DNA of 64,000 nt. Origin: Ostrea edulis (taxonomy: Eukaryota). Below the pieces are notes generated by a model that made no database searches, had not been told where the DNA came from, and saw only the letters and a list, made by a program, of their open reading frames with translations. The stretch spans positions 40,486,001-40,550,000 of the forward strand of contig NC_079172.1 of NCBI RefSeq assembly GCF_947568905.1. Direction: 5' to 3'. Of this stretch, positions 62,060-64,000 are shown in pieces. The first letter of the stretch is position 1; the number at the start of each line of letters is the position of its first letter. The translations under genes were made by a program, and so were the position numbers.

Positions 62060-63321
62060 AAATTTGATCTCCTATTGCGACCCCAACTTACCCCTGGGAT
62101 TCCTGATTTGAATAAACTTGAATCAGCACTGCTTGCACATCAATAATGACTAATCATGGCCCTGCTGAAATGAAGATTTTTATAAATTTTTCCCCATATA
62201 TAAATTCCATGTAAAACTTTAGACCCCTTCTGTGTTCTGTTTCCAGGGACCACAATTTGAACTAGTTCTAATTGTAACGGGGACCGTTACATATGTTCCC
62301 CAAACCTCCCCCAATTAAAAAGTGATGTCCTTTTAAATCTATAGCAAAAAATCATTTTATTTTAGTCTTTAATTACATGTAGTACATTCAATATGGTCAT
62401 TTCAGTACCAAGAAATGAAAGAAAGTGTTGCACGTGCATGCACGCGCACGCGTGTACGATTCCGAATTTTTGTTGATGTCGTTCAACAGGCATTTGTATC
62501 ATATACCCACAGTATGAATTTCATAACGTTTCCACCAAATATAAGAAAGTTATAGCGATTTTAAAATCGTCCAATCAGAATTCAGCACACGTGCATACAC
62601 GTGCTTAGCAGTAATTCTAACCACAGCAATTTGTAAGGAGTACCAAGACACATCTAAACCATTAATATCAATAGAATTTGATGAAAAACAAAAACGTTAT
62701 CGTCCTTTAAAAATTGAACATTTAAAAAACGTTGCACGCGCATGCGCGTGTACGTTGGCATTTTTTTATTACACCAATATATAGATACACATATTGTCTA
62801 CTTATGCTGTGAATATCATCTCATTCGCTTCATAAATAAGATAGTTACAAACATTTTAGTATTATCCAATCAAAATGAAGCGCACGTGCATGCGCGTGCA
62901 AATTGGTAATTTTGACTATGTAAATCAGTTAAGGGTCTCAATATCTACCTATGATATGAATTTCAAGCCATTTCAATGAACAACAAAAAAGTTAGACTGA
63001 TTCCAAAGTTAGTGTACAAATTTTGGAATGCGCGTGCACGCGCATGCGTGCGCGTGCTGACAAAATAACTATTATTTTTCATATGTACAAATGATATACT
63101 ATCATCCTATTTAGGTTTTATATCGCTTCCTTCAATATTCTGATTTTCCATTTTTTGTACCAAAATTGCAATGCACGTGCGCGCGCGTGCATGCACGTGC
63201 AAACAAAATGACTATCACTATGCACATCTACAAACGCTATACTATCATCCTGGAAAGTTTCATATCGATCCCTTTTGTAGTTTCTGAGAACACTACCGGA
63301 CAAAAAAGTACCGGAGAAAAA

Positions 63322-63357
<36 letters not shown>

Positions 63358-64000
63358 GAAACAGAGTAAAAACAATATGTTCCCAAACTTTGTTTGGGGA
63401 ACATAATAAACTTGCATCTGCACTACCAAGGGATCCTTGCATATTGATATGTCTAATCATGTCCCTTTTTTCTTGAGAAGACTTTTTCCTATATGTTCCA
63501 ATTAATGTAAAACTTGATCCCCAATTGTGGTTCAACCCTACTGCCAGGAGCCACAATTTGAACAAACTTCAATCTACACTACCTGAGAATGCTAGAGCAT
63601 GCTTGATATGACTAAACATTGCCCTGTTGAGCTTGTAAAATGATTTTTCCTATATATACATGTAAAACTCTGATCCCCAAATGTAACCCCACGTTAAACA
63701 ACAACCAACTCCGTTAGCTATGATTTGAACAAACTTGAATCTCTTTCATGTCGGGAAGCTTTCATGTAAATTTCAACCCAATAGTTCTTGAGAACATGTT
63801 TAAATGCATCTTCATAAGTCAAGGGTTATTGATTCGTAACCTAACGAATCAATAACTCTTGCCTTGTGAAGATGGTCTAAATAACCCTACTCTATTTTTG
63901 CCTTTTCTTAATTATCTCCCCTTTAGAGGAAGCAAATTTTGTGCCAAGTTTGATTGAAATTGGCTCAGTGGTTCTGGAAAGACTTTAAAAATGCCACTAA
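62060..64000. repeat. Cg170/HindIII-like satellite-related monomers (HINE-associated), split by the element at 62263-63408
   Basis: Recurrent AACAAACTTGAATCT(ACACTACCTGAG), CCCCAATTGTGG, TGTAAAACTT and AAGTTTGATTGAAATTGGCTCAGTGGTTCTGG, matching the oyster 166-bp satellite from memory. Confidence 0.55.
62263..63408 (-). mobile_element. HINE-type element with ~150-bp internal repeats carrying alternating purine-pyrimidine GC islands
   Basis: On the minus strand: 5' hairpin TATGTTCCCCAAAC-AAA-GTTTGGGAACATA, (ATT)n microsatellite, six GCACGCGCATGCACGTG-type islands, subterminal TTTGGGGAACATA and 3' palindrome TGTAACGGTCCCCGTTACA. Confidence 0.75.

Noticed and set aside
47870-64000. Expected head-to-head DUOX partner of DUOXA
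   Set aside because: No peroxidase, EF-hand or NADPH-oxidase coding exons found; the divergent neighbour is a Ly6/quiver-like gene.

Overview
AT-rich, intron-rich animal genomic DNA. The repeat landscape (Helentron-type HINEs, Cg170-like satellite, Meta-domain SINEs, Penelope-like fragments) points to a bivalve, probably an oyster; this is inferred from recalled repeat motifs. I could reconstruct five spliced genes by hand, all with GT-AG introns and consistent phases. (1) R3HCC1/R3HCC1L-like, + strand, 2863-15529, first coding exon not found. (2) A 591-aa BTB + NPH3-domain + coiled-coil protein, - strand, 22163-18417, resembling the NPH3/RPT2-like (NRL) family usually described as plant-specific; this is the most striking item. 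(3) and (4) Two tandem DUOXA (dual oxidase maturation factor) paralogs, - strand, 33024-28873 and 47869-42948, with a nearly identical exon 5 and conserved tyrosine/proline-motif tails. (5) The 5' part of a quiver/sleepless-like Ly6/uPAR gene, + strand, 55066-59440, apparently continuing past the window. The rest is transposon-derived: a full-length but decayed DD34D mariner, a decayed Tc1, a Kolobok-type element, MITEs (some nested), short fully palindromic insertions, SINEs, Penelope-like fragments and many tandem arrays. Three arrays in the R3HCC1 gene amplify exon ends together with their splice donors. There is one assembly gap (48341-48469). No prokaryotic features, CRISPR arrays, rRNA or tRNA genes are supported. 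All coordinates were counted by hand.
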